Positions 41,071-52,463 of a stretch of 64,000 nucleotides of DNA are shown piece by piece. This DNA comes from Trichosphaerium sp. ATCC 40318. Lineage: Eukaryota; Protista; Tubulinea. How positions within the stretch are numbered: the stretch's first letter is position 1; each line of letters starts with the position of its first letter. The notes below the pieces were generated by a model. It was given only the letters and a program-made list of their open reading frames with translations. It did no database searches and was not told where the DNA came from. Location: assembly GCA_038496445.1 (NCBI GenBank), contig JALMLS010000447.1, positions 204,358-268,357 on the forward strand, read 5' to 3'. The translations under genes and the position numbers were made by a program.

Positions 41071-41435
41071 GATCACGAGGCTCAAGATTGGCTCAAATTG
41101 TCAAAAAATCCGTCACCACCAACACAATTTAGATACAATGCTATATCTTATTCTTTAATAGACTTACCGAGAGGTATACATAAGTTGTACGGATGTACAA
41201 GCACGTGTGCTGGAGAAACTTTTATTTCAACAAACCAAGGTGTTTTCATTTATGTTGATGGAAAGAACACGCTAGGGAAGTTAAAGATACAAGTGGATGG
41301 TCATGTCGGAGCTATTTGGTTAAGTGAATGTATAATGTATGGTGTAGTGGAGAAGAATAACATTGATGGGAATAATGTAAGTTTATTTAAACTTGACTTG
41401 TAAGTCTACAATCACTTGGGTTTTTTTTTTCAAAA

Positions 41436-44148
41436 TCACTTTATTGCTTCTTGTCTTCTTTCCCACCATGACTTACGTGGTTCATCATGGCGAGATTTTT
41501 TACGCCACCAGTACTTGTTTTCTCCTTCTCCGCAGAAAGATTCAAAGTGGGTTCTGTGCAGTTCAGTGTACAAGTGTTTGAAAGCGTCCATCCTTACTTC
41601 CTGTGTTGTATTATTAATATGTTGTTTAGACACAAAATGTGATTACATACTGGAATATAAGCAGCTGTACGATCGCAATTATACATAAACTGAGGTTGTG
41701 TTTGCGTGACGTGTAAATCAGCAAGCATAACAGCAGTGCCAACATCTTCAAAGTAATTTAATTTGGTCTTTTTTCTATTGGCTATTTTGTTCATAGTAAG
41801 TTTTACCTCAATGTTGAATCTAAGCAATGCTGATTTTGTACGCACAAGCACCCAGTAGCTATTATACATATGTAATGCAAGATCATGTGATAAGATATAA
41901 GCTCCACCAATAGCGTACTGCAGAGGAAGATATTTTTGTGGTACAATAGAAGTTGAATCGTTGTATATTGCTGTCCGCCCGTAGTACACTCGCCTCTTTG
42001 GGAAGTACTTTGAATACTCTAAAATTTTGTTGGGAAGGATCCATGTGTCATCATCACCTTTGAAAGTGTTAGATCAGATTGTTGCTAGCAATTGTTTATA
42101 AATGTTGAATGTTCAATATGTGAATGTACATTTTAGGATGTAGTCAAAGTTGTAAGTCTCAATCGCGTATTTGATAAACAACATTGTCTTCATTGATAGG
42201 TCCTCGTATTTATCTTTCATTGGAAGTAGTTTAATGTCTCCATACGTATCGTTCTCTATCAATATTAGAGCCAAAACAAAAAATTAAAAAAATGGATTCC
42301 TCGAACAAGATAGTACCTCTTTTAAGTTCCTTCATGATATCAGGACCTTTATCATCAATAAGTCATAAAAGTGCTTTAAATTTAACAGGCGTATGTATAT
42401 GTTTACCACCCATTATCCAATACGCTTCGTACTCCGTACCTCGTGTACCTTTAGGGAATCTAGGGACGATTTTTGTAAGCAGTTCACACTTTCAAAAAAA
42501 TTCTAGCACACCTCAAAAACGTTATTTTTGGCCAAATTTTGGGTATGCTTCAGAGCACATTTGTGTCTACAATTTGGTAGCACCAGAACTTGCTGGTAAT
42601 TAATAGTGTACTTCAATCAACTATTTCATTGAATCCAAAAACGAGTTTTTTCTGCCTGGGATCATATTCTTCTCCTCTAACACCACCATGTTTTGCAGGT
42701 AATTCTTGAACACCATAGTGATTAAGGATTACATTCTGTCGTTTCTTGCATTTTTTATCACTTTTAGTGTTCCACATAAAGCTATCATCACCCGTCTCTA
42801 TACCTGATTGCTGTAAATTGGTCATTGTTTTGAACAATCATTCTAACCCACAGATACCTTTTTCAAATCTTTCCTTTTGACGGCAGGTGCTCAATAAACC
42901 ATTGTCTACCTATAAGCAGTTATAGAGTATTTGATAATTTAGGTATCAAAACACGGAGACAACTTTTTCATAGAAGTTGATGAACATAATATTTAAATGA
43001 AAATGTCAAAATACTCACTCTTGCTTGGTATTTTATTGAATCAGAGGTCCATACAGCTTGCTGTAGTTATGTTTTACCACTACAGAAGTTTTAGAGACAG
43101 AACTTACTTTTTACATGGAGATAACTTCAGTACTTACCAAAAACAGTTTCTTTGAAACTATGCTGCTACAATTGTTTAACTATTGCTGAAATTTATGCTG
43201 TATCATATACAGTGTATGGACTATACTTTCAAAGAGTACAGGACCTTCAATAACTCATTTTATTTCATAAAATGTAAAACTGCTTGTGGTAAATGGAGTA
43301 GGAATATTGGAATTTACAGATTACGCAAGGCTGTACAGACTTGAAACCCTTCTTGACATATTTCAAATAGCTATTAAATGTATGTACACCATTTAAACGC
43401 TTGTACACGCTTGCCCTACATCGGTATTGGGGAACTCGATTTGACTACAATATTAACACAGCAAACCAACGTTTTAAGCGTTTTCCGAGCGATAAATGTC
43501 GTTTAAAGGTACATTGTACATACACGTTCATATTGTGGTACCATAAGCTTTATTTTAGCCCATAACGCATAAATTTATTTGCAAGAGCCATTTATGATGA
43601 TTTCAGGCTCGAATCATCTGTTTATTCTCAATGAAGCTCGATTGAAGCTTTTTTAGCTATGTATTAAAAAAATACGCCAAAAAACATGTAAAAAAGTAAA
43701 TAATTTATTTCACACTTAGAACATAACAATAGAGCCATTCGTTCTAGAGATACATTAACACACGCTAAAGCATTGATATAAGAGGTGTGAACCGCTTACA
43801 AAAATAGTCCCTACATCAAAACGTTAGCCCCTTAGAAAAAATCTATTTTTAGATGTACAAGTTCCACCACGTGTTTCTTACAGGTCTTCGTCTACGTATG
43901 TATTGTGGTGATGAAAACACTCCAAAAATTATTTTCCTGTGCGGTACCGATTTGTTTCTTAGTTTAGCAACGTGTGGAACTATTTTATCAACAAATTTTG
44001 GCATATCTGAGACTTTTGAGACTTCCGAGGGTTCCAGAAGGCTGTTTTGCTCGATTTGATTTTTCGGCTTTGTACTCATAATATTTACGAGAACCAAGAT
44101 TAATATAACATTGTAGAATAAAAGCCAATACGATTTCCAGAGTATCAT
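41436..44148 (-). CDS. GT31 (beta-1,3-galactosyltransferase-like) type II membrane protein; possibly interrupted
   Basis: N-terminal TM, IIFGVFS...RRRPVRNTW, ENDTYGDI, DYILK-GDDDTW (DxD), YYGR, YAIGGAYILSHDL, FEDV. Confidence 0.75.
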
Positions 44149-45799
44149 TTACATAACCTTACGCCAAGGAATCTTGACAATTTATGACCATGATACTGAT
44201 TGTTGAAAGATTATCTGAGATGTATCTCGTTCTATCACTAAGGGCAATGACCTACAAGTGTTATGTGGTTATGACGGATCGGTCATAATAGCTTGTTGGT
44301 GTAACAACAGCTAGCGAGATGACTCAAGGAATAGATTTATTGAATATTTGAAGTTTTCACGTGCTCAAATACTTTGTTATTACATCGCTATCTTGCGCTT
44401 GTGTGACGTCTAAGTTTTGTAACTCCATCTGTTGTTTCGCCAGTCTTTTTTTCGCTGACAGTGCTCTGCAATTCATTTAAAGTGCTTTCAGGGGAAAAAT
44501 ACAACTATTCTGTTACTGTTGGTATACTCTAACTTTTGAGTAGTCTCATATTGCGACATTCAAGCAGTCTATCTGCAGTTACTATTTCGTAGTGGCCCAC
44601 ATTATGCCGAAATGCGAACACAAGTAAAATCCTTGTCAATTCCTCCTTAAAAACAATACCGATTTATTGTTAGATGAGAGAAGTAAGAAAATTCTCCTTT
44701 ACAACCAAATATAGCGCTATGTACTTAACATGTTAATACATGGTTTAGTTTCCATACCTAACCTTTGTACCCTTACAATGTTGTTGTATTCTATTGTTGC
44801 TATTTCCTTTCTTTGAATACATTCTACTTATGTTCGTGTTCTCATGTGGCATCATCAATACTTGGAACATGTGAATTGTATTTGGATTCAAGAATATTGA
44901 ATTATCTATTGCATTCTTTTATGTTGTTCCAAAGAACGACATGACCTGTTGATGTCATTGCTCCAATTACAAACTCAATAGAGAATTTTTCTCTAAGCAG
45001 TTGAAGAAAAAGTAAAAAATGTGTCAGTGACACAGCAGTCAGCTACTCACCTGAAACTGCCGTATGCGATAGGTTAAGGTTTGTATTTCAAGGGGAAGAT
45101 CTAAACAGAGATGCACAAGAAGTACATTATATGCAATTATCATAGGAAATATGTGCCTTGCTCTTTTCAGCAAAAAAGGAACTTTTAATGCCTTATTTAA
45201 GAGCAACAACACCTTTTTCTGTCAAATGAATGGGCCAGATCTGCTTAAACAGTAATGTACTTATCCCTGATATGAGGCATGCGCATGTCGAATACAATAC
45301 ATCATTTTTGGCTGTTTGGGATGTTGCATAAGTTAGAAAGAGGAAAAAAACTGTAAACATTTTTGGTAAAAGTGCACTACAACAAACGAAAAGCGGTTAG
45401 CTCGGTTTTATATCGCTAATCAAGATCAATAAGCTGAACTTGACGTTTTTTGCGGAGCCACGACTAACGTTTTAGTGTGCACACTCAGGTTCGATGCACT
45501 ACTACTCTTTACTTTCAAGGTATAAATGATGAACAAAAATAACCTAGCTAGAAGATTTTCACATTTTACAATAACGTCATACCATAAAAACAGTAAAACG
45601 TATTTTTCTCACGGCTACAGGTTTATATTAGGCTCTCATACTTACTGTGTAGATTCAAAGCATGCAGTGCTTACACCGCAGCACATTCAACTGCTTAGCG
45701 AAAAATTCTCTAGTATGAATTTTCTTCACATCAGACTTGCTCTTTGCATGTACTTGTGCTCACAATGTCAATAGTACGTATTTTCGCTTAGATTCAACT

Positions 45800-46080
45800 G
45801 TTGTGGATACTTTGGGTATTATTAAAGACAATGCCACAGTTTCGCTTCAGGACTCAATAACATCAAGTCTCTCCGACAACACAAATACCTGTTCAAACAT
45901 TGAAACCGATTGGGTGTCAGTATTGACAAGGTTGGGTATTTCAAGCGAAAGAGCAGAACAGCTTGGATCATTGATGAATGAACTTGGTATCCAGCTGAAA
46001 GACATTAATCAAGATGTGTTGAAACACTTGGGTTCAGCCTGATAGAACGTATCAAGGTGAAAAGCAAAAAGAACTCCTTT
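45800..46080 (+). pseudogene. SAM-domain-like fragment, frameshifted
   Basis: WVSVLTRLGI...NELGIQLKDINQDVLKHLG, then a frameshift to LIERIKVK. Confidence 0.35.
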
Positions 46081-46274
46081 ACTTATGATAGTAAATAACT
46101 AAACTGGTTTGTAACAGCATAGGAAAACATGCTTGATTAGATCCAAGTCAAACAAAGGCTTTGATTGAACACGTGGTTTCTTCGAATTATAACTGGCGCC
46201 AAGTTTTCTGAAAACTATTCTTCAACGAAAATTCGTATCAAGTATAACAACTGTTCTCGTTTTGTCTTCTATCT

Positions 46275-46908
46275 ATGGCATCAAAAGGTGTTTTTCAACT
46301 GAAGGATACTTTACAAATCAAGGTATGCCGCTGCTATTAGCAGTTTTACTTACAACTTTAAACAGGTGGAACATTTATTGGACCTTCCTGTAGAGTTACA
46401 TCTTTATATTATGGATATAGACTTTGAAGTGTATGTAAAGTGGCCTTGTTTATCTAAATACACAGCAACAAATACAAGATTTGATTCAGACATGAAAAAA
46501 CAAGGTAGATGGTTAAGAAAGCGATGGGTCGTGGCTACATCAAACATGTTACTATCACAAAGTGTACTTCAAACTACATTTGATGAAAATAGAAAGAATG
46601 GCGAAGAGAAGGAGTGGTACGAAACTGGACAACTCAAAAGACAAACTACATTTGTTGATGATAAACGAAATGGAGAATCAAAGAAGTGGTATGAAAATGG
46701 ACTACTGGCTGAACAATTCTTCTTTGTAAACGATAAACAAGAAGGAGAACAAAAGATATGGTTTGAAAATGGCCACTTGAAGACACAATCAAATTACGTC
46801 CATGGTAGACAACATGGGGAGTACAAGTGTTGGTACATAGATGGCGCGATGTCTCAATGGGGATACTACATATCAATATTCAGTCAAAATGAAGAACAAA
46901 CAGAATAA
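46275..46908 (+). CDS. F-box-like + MORN-variant repeat protein (short, possibly 3'-truncated)
   Basis: LLDLPVELHLYIMD; 4 repeats of GExKxWYENG; 5' exon MASKGVFQLKDTLQIK. Confidence 0.75.
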
Positions 46909-47583
46909 CACCGTCTGGTGTCAGCAAATAGCTACACTCTCCAAAGTCTGTGTAATGGCAGTACAAAAAAAAAGGTTTAAACCCAAAATAAACTATAAAA
47001 GATCGAAGACTACGTACGTATTTAACTCCTCTTGGAAATCCTGTTGCTTTACAAGAAAACACTGCTTGGTTCACAGGTGTACCTGAACTATCTTTGAAGT
47101 TTGAATGAGGATTGATACAATTATCGAGATATTCAGAAAGTAGCTTTGTTATGGCACCTATGAACTCAATAAAGGCTTCTGACTGAGGACTTTGGTTGTT
47201 GTACGCTGTCGCGACAAGTGCTTCTAGATCTTTGAAGGCCTGAGAGTTGGTATCGTTGATGACTGTTGGAAGTCGTTTAACACTCCAGTATGTTCTTGTG
47301 TAGTTCCACAACCCGTTCTTTAAGCCAATACAATCATCATTGTATGACTGCGCCTTGACGACCAAGAACTGCTTCCATTCTAAGTTCTCACGGCTCTACG
47401 TCACACAAAAATGAAAAACAGATATAAAATACTCAAAAAATATATCGGTTGTGTCACATACGTTCTAATCCTTTGCTCTAGCGACTGTTAACCAAGCTGT
47501 TTTAGGTGCAAGGTGCGCTATCTAGACGTTCAAAAAAAAGATAGTTTTTTTTAAACGTACAGATGTTGTTCAGACAACGCCAT
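46880..47583 (-). CDS. Hypothetical protein (multi-exon), function unknown
   Basis: 161-aa protein-like ORF 46880-47365 plus small upstream GT-AG exons from ATG 47583. Confidence 0.4.
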
Positions 47584-47843
47584 TTTTTTTGGCTTTTACG
47601 TTGCATTATTTATCTCTATCTACCCCTCCTGGTAATCCATATATCTATATTATTTAACGGCTAAACAAACCATCACGTGATATGTTAGGAAGCTATGAAG
47701 AGAAGAGTCATAGCTATTGAAAAAAACAAATTTCAAAAAAAAGCAGTTTTCAATGAAAATGTGTGCTATGAACTTTTCGGATAAGCACCCTATCACGTGG
47801 TCGGACATTCTTTGAAAGTTAACAACAGTTTCTCAAGTGTTAA

Positions 47844-47888
47844 ACCCACAATTTTTTTCTTGACGGATTGTGAGTGTATAAATATAAA
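47844..47888 (+). promoter_or_regulatory. DUSE/USE-like box plus TATA (snRNA-type external promoter)
   Basis: ACCCACAATTTTTTTCT at 47844-47860 (fits Dictyostelium DUSE WCCCAYAA); TATAAATATAAA ~47877-47888. Confidence 0.6.
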
Positions 47889-47907
47889 CAATCAAAACTT
47901 TTATAAC

Positions 47908-48082
47908 AGGAAAGTAAGGTGGTCTGACTACCATACAACAATTCCTCAGGAGTCCTACCTCTTGTACAACGTAGGAACCTCGCCGCACTAATGAATGGAC
48001 AATTAGTAGGCACACCAAATCCCCTTTTGCAACCCTAGGACACCTTTGTTATTTGATAAGGTGCAGAGTTGAAACCCGTTTT
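47908..48082 (+). ncRNA. Candidate structured ncRNA ~57 nt downstream of the DUSE-like box
   Basis: Tandem stems AGGAA/TTCCT, GGTGGT/ACTACC, TCCTAC/GTAGGA, ACTAAT/ATTAGT, CACCTT/AAGGTG; T4 runs at 48025 and 48079. Confidence 0.55.
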
Positions 48083-48851
48083 GTTTGAAGAAGGACGTTG
48101 TCGTACGTGATTATCGTTAAGCTAGTAGCTCCAATACATAACAAAGTAAAATATCGCACAGGCTTCTTAAGCATCATGTAGGTGTTGCGTATGAAGGCGC
48201 AAGTAAATACAACATTCTATTTATTGCAACAAATTCACATTCTTTTTTTGCCCAAATCTAATTGAGCTCTAATCACCTTATCTGCTTCAAAAATGTTACG
48301 TTACACAACCGTTTAGTAGTAGAACCTTTAGTGTTTATTCTTTTATCAAGCGAGACTGTTATTCTTAGCTTCTATACATACTATCACGTATTTAATAGCG
48401 TCAAAGGTAGTTTAAATAAGTATCAGTTGAAAAAAACGTGATCTGCCGGTTTGGGTTTGAAGCGTCATAAAAAACCCTCTACTCACTCGTGTTCGTATTA
48501 TTACACGTGTTGCTTATTGTATTACAGTGATTCCGCTCCAAAAACGTATCACACGTTCATTTTCAAACAAACCGGTCCACGTAATCTTTGAGCTTCGCCA
48601 CAACCTTAAAAAGCTCGATAAACGTATATCTTCGCATTTTATTCGTATTAACCGGTTATTTGACTGATTTTGATTTGGTAAGTAGGTTTCGCATTCGTAA
48701 TGGCTTCTCAACGAAGTCGAAGTGTACAGATAGCTGAATAAATTGAAATACACTTCCTACGAATCTAAGCTACGATTTCGGACTGCAAATAAGCATCTCA
48801 GGTATTTTTAGCGGCTGGGGTATAAATAGAACACTTATGCTCAAAATATTT

Positions 48852-48925
48852 GTTCACGTAGCTCAGATGGTAAGAGCGTTTTACCTTTAACGAAAAGGTC
48901 CGTGGTTCGATTCCACGCGTGTTCA
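48852..48925 (+). tRNA. Atypical tRNA gene or pseudogene (anticodon TTT/Lys, or TTA in an alternative fold)
   Basis: A box TAGCTCAGATGG, D stem GCTC/GAGC, T arm CGTGG-TTCGATT-CCACG, upstream TATAAATA, T7 terminator; U:U mismatches at acceptor pairs 2 and 3. Confidence 0.75.
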
Positions 48926-48944
48926 TGTTTTTTTAACAAGAGGA

Positions 48945-49092
48945 AGTGTTGATGGTGCTTTACACAACCACAAGCATCCAACTGTAGTGGAGGCGCTTTT
49001 GCTGATTATACTCGGGTGACTCAGGCTGCATTCAACCCACCTCAAGGCGGCCTCGGGCTCGGTGTAAGTCCTTTGACTTACTTGAGGGCTAA
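48945..49092. ncRNA. Candidate structured RNA immediately downstream of the tRNA; strand uncertain
   Basis: GC-rich island; GTAAGTC/GACTTAC hairpin, CCTCAAG/CTTGAGG, and minus-strand CCGCC-TTGA-GGTGG and GGTTG-AATG-CAGCC. Confidence 0.35.
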
Positions 49093-49199
49093 CTGACAGT
49101 ATGAAGATTTTATCTTACCTACAAAACAAACAGCCGCCTAAGAAAAATGTACAGAGGAGATTTCAAACTACAAGGTCTATTGTTGACTCAAGGTATCAT

Positions 49200-49807
49200 T
49201 AAAGTAGTATAGCTTGCTCCGCAATTGCCCATTGAAACTCCAACGCTTGCACTCACCTTCTTTTTTACCATTCAAAATAGCATTGGTCTCTCAATTGGCC
49301 ATTTGCATGCCAACGCTTGCTCACTCCTTCTATTTTACCATTGATATAAAATACCTTCTTCTTCAGTTGACCATCAGTATGCCACTCTTTGCACTCTCCT
49401 TCTAGTACACCATTGGAATAATTGCGGTCCATAGATACTTGACCATTCCTATAGAACTGCTTGTACTCTTTGTCTTTTTTACCATCTATGTAATTTAGCC
49501 GTACCCTCAATGTACCATTAGAATAGTACCTCTTGATACACATTTTGGTTTTTAAATACTGTTTTTTTTATCCATTTCCCATGTTTATTCAACTCGTTGT
49601 CAAACCTTGTTGTTGTTGCTGTGTATTTTGATAACAACGACCACTTTTGATAAACTTCAAAGCTTAAATCAATGATTTCACAATGTAATTCCAACGGAAG
49701 ACACAATAGAACGCATTTCTCTGATAGTAACTAATTTTTATTGTTATTAGCCGTAGTATGCCATCTTTATACCGTACGCTGTATGTTAATGTACTTTTAG
49801 ATGTCAT
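49200..49807 (-). pseudogene. Frameshifted paralogue of the 33055 F-box/MORN gene
   Basis: Near-identical N-terminus CLPLELHCEIID; internal deletion and frameshifts split the ORF. Confidence 0.85.
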
Positions 49808-50079
49808 TTGTGAAGTTAAGGGTTCCCCTTTGATAACATGAATCAAAAAAGAAAAAAGTCGTTCAAAGTAAACAACATCTTAACTTGTTGTAGATAGATC
49901 CCATAATATCACCTTGATTAATTAAGGAAGCTATAGCATACGTAATTTCTTATATCTTCATAATTCTAACTGGGTCATTGTACTTTTATCCAGGACAAGA
50001 AGATAAGAATAAACAAACCTCAAAAGAAGAAAAGTACAAAATGATTTTATAGGCATCATTAAATTTTAGTTCATTCATT

Positions 50080-51557
50080 TTACAAAAGCAAAAATACCAT
50101 GACAAGAACTAATACAGTACACATAGTGAGCGTTCTACTGCTACACTTGAAAATATCTATATTGAGATTTCTCACTAGTGATGTAGAAGATCTTGTTTGC
50201 TCTTGACACTGGTTTCTATTCAAGAGAACCATTGGAGCAACATCTTCACATCTTATAAGTTGTGATATCAGTATTGAAGCCACCTACAAATATGTGTTAT
50301 GCTTAAGGCTAAAGTGAGAGATAGTGATGTACTTCAATTGATGTTGCATCAATGTTAAATGTACCAATGATACAGCTTCCTACTTCAAATATTGTATTTG
50401 TTTTGCTCAGTTTGAGTGTTGTGTTATTGAACCTAGCATCTCCTGTCGAAGCCTGTTAGTATCAGCGTGTATGAGCAAACAAAGTACCAACAATAGAGAT
50501 ATCAAAATCTAGTACAACAACACTATCTGTTGGTATAAAATCTAACAGCAAACATTAGCAAATGTCTTGGCTTGGCTCCGAGCTATGCCAGGGAATTTGA
50601 AAAAATACTTGTCCATATTCAAGAGGTTCATTCGTTACTGCCCTTGTCAATCCAATTAGCGGCCGTGAAGTTGTAAGAGTAAAAGGTACAATATTTCTAA
50701 CAAAATTAAACTCCTCAGTGTTGGTGATTGTCACAAGGTATCCGCCTTGCTGTAAACAATATCCTTTTGATAAAGTTATTTATGATATGTAATTTGCAAA
50801 CAGTACCTTGAGCTTGAGGCCATGAGTGTCTCACACTAACAGGGTTGTAGCAATGACCTGTTCAATGAAATAAGTTAAATACAAACTTAACATGATTGTT
50901 CTTCAATACCTGAAACGTTGTTGTAGTGATCACAAGATACATTCTGTTGTATCTGTATACAAGGAGTTGTTACTAGTGGAACATTGCCAGAGGGAGCTTC
51001 ACAAACGAAATACTCTGAGTCACAAGCATTTGTTATGATCTATCAAAAACGATTAAATGTTGTTTCGTAAACATATTGAACGCACGCCTCCCTCAAGTGT
51101 AGGGCAGTTGTTATCATTTATGACGCTCCCAGGATATGTAAATCTCATAGCGATGGTACTGACAAGCGAGTTGTCATACCAAAAATAATCAATACTGTTT
51201 AAAGTGGTAATATCTAAACGCAATCGCTAATCAACCTTTTTAACAACAAACACGTGATTTGAACGAAAAGTGAAATAAATTTTGTGTTATCGTCGTACGG
51301 GAAATAAAGTCATTACAGATGCTTCCATAATACTGTCAAGTACAAGAGGATTGAATCCTAACGGAGTAAATAAATAATTAGGGAATAATTAGGTCCGTTC
51401 TCTTAGAAACAATACCCATTTCGCATGAATCATTGTCTGTATCATTATGGAGCGTGTATGTTGTATTTTCCCAAGTACATCTCGAAACAACTGCACACGT
51501 GCTTATGGTGATGTAAATAAACACAAACAGCGAGAATAAGGTAAATCTTGAAGTCAT
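50080..51557 (-). pseudogene. Lectin-family copy I with internal deletions (truncated second CTLD)
   Basis: Close paralogue of J; exon 6 is fused directly to exon 7 (IGLTR-AVTNEP) and ends PWHSSEPSQDIC* near 50555. Confidence 0.75.
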
Positions 51558-52169
51558 ACGATATTCGAAGATGAAAAAATCAACTATGAAATGTATGAAA
51601 ATAAGAAAATGTGCAGCAGATTTATGGAACTCCGATAGAGTTAAAACACACTGTGGAACCTCCAACTGCAAGTACAGCTTATGATATTGAGAATACAAAA
51701 TAGGGTTACTGGGCCACACGTGTTCCATATTTATTCAGTTCCAAACGTCTAAACACCTATAAAACACACACAAACGAACGTACAGCAGTTAAAAGGCTAA
51801 ATAAGCTAAACTGTTGGTGTAAAACTCCGCGGAATAGTACTCCATGCGCTTAAGCGTATGCCACGCAACATCTACTTCAAGCTTGGCCCAATTAGCACCA
51901 CAATGTAAATTCATAATGGCTCCTAGTTAGCAGTCTTTTATACTTGTATTGATAGGATAATACGTTGCAATGTTATTTGTGTTAGCGCTTTCTTTGTTTC
52001 AGGCTTTCTGGTAGGGCTTCGTATTCTCATACTAGTGACTCTCCAATACCATCCAGAAGTGTTATGATTACCACTTGACAGTGCTAGAAGCACATACCTC
52101 CAATACTGCCTCGTGTTAACATTTACATACTTAGTCTATATTCACGTTTAACTTTGGTTTTGTTACTCC

Positions 52170-52230
52170 CAAAGCATCAATTGGAGACTTTGTGTTCTTT
52201 GATGTCAACAGAAACGGCACTCAAGTTAAA
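52170..52230 (+). pseudogene. SdrD-B/Cna-B-like domain fragment
   Basis: ASIGDFVFFDVNRNGTQ matches the SIGDxVWxDxNxNGxQD signature; surrounding frame is broken. Confidence 0.5.
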
Positions 52231-52463
52231 GTAACGTTACTATGTTGAAGTTGTTCTAAGCAAGTATATTTTGGATTTGTTCCTCAAACCATGTGATTTC
52301 TTGCTTCCAATGATAACGTATTACTATGCTATGGCACTATCCATTCTGGTAAAAACGCTATCTACCCGATTGGGTTAGAAGATATGAGATATCAATACCA
52401 ATAAACAACCATCAAAGGAAAGAAAAAAGTACAAAATGATGATTTGTGAAGTTTTTATTCATT

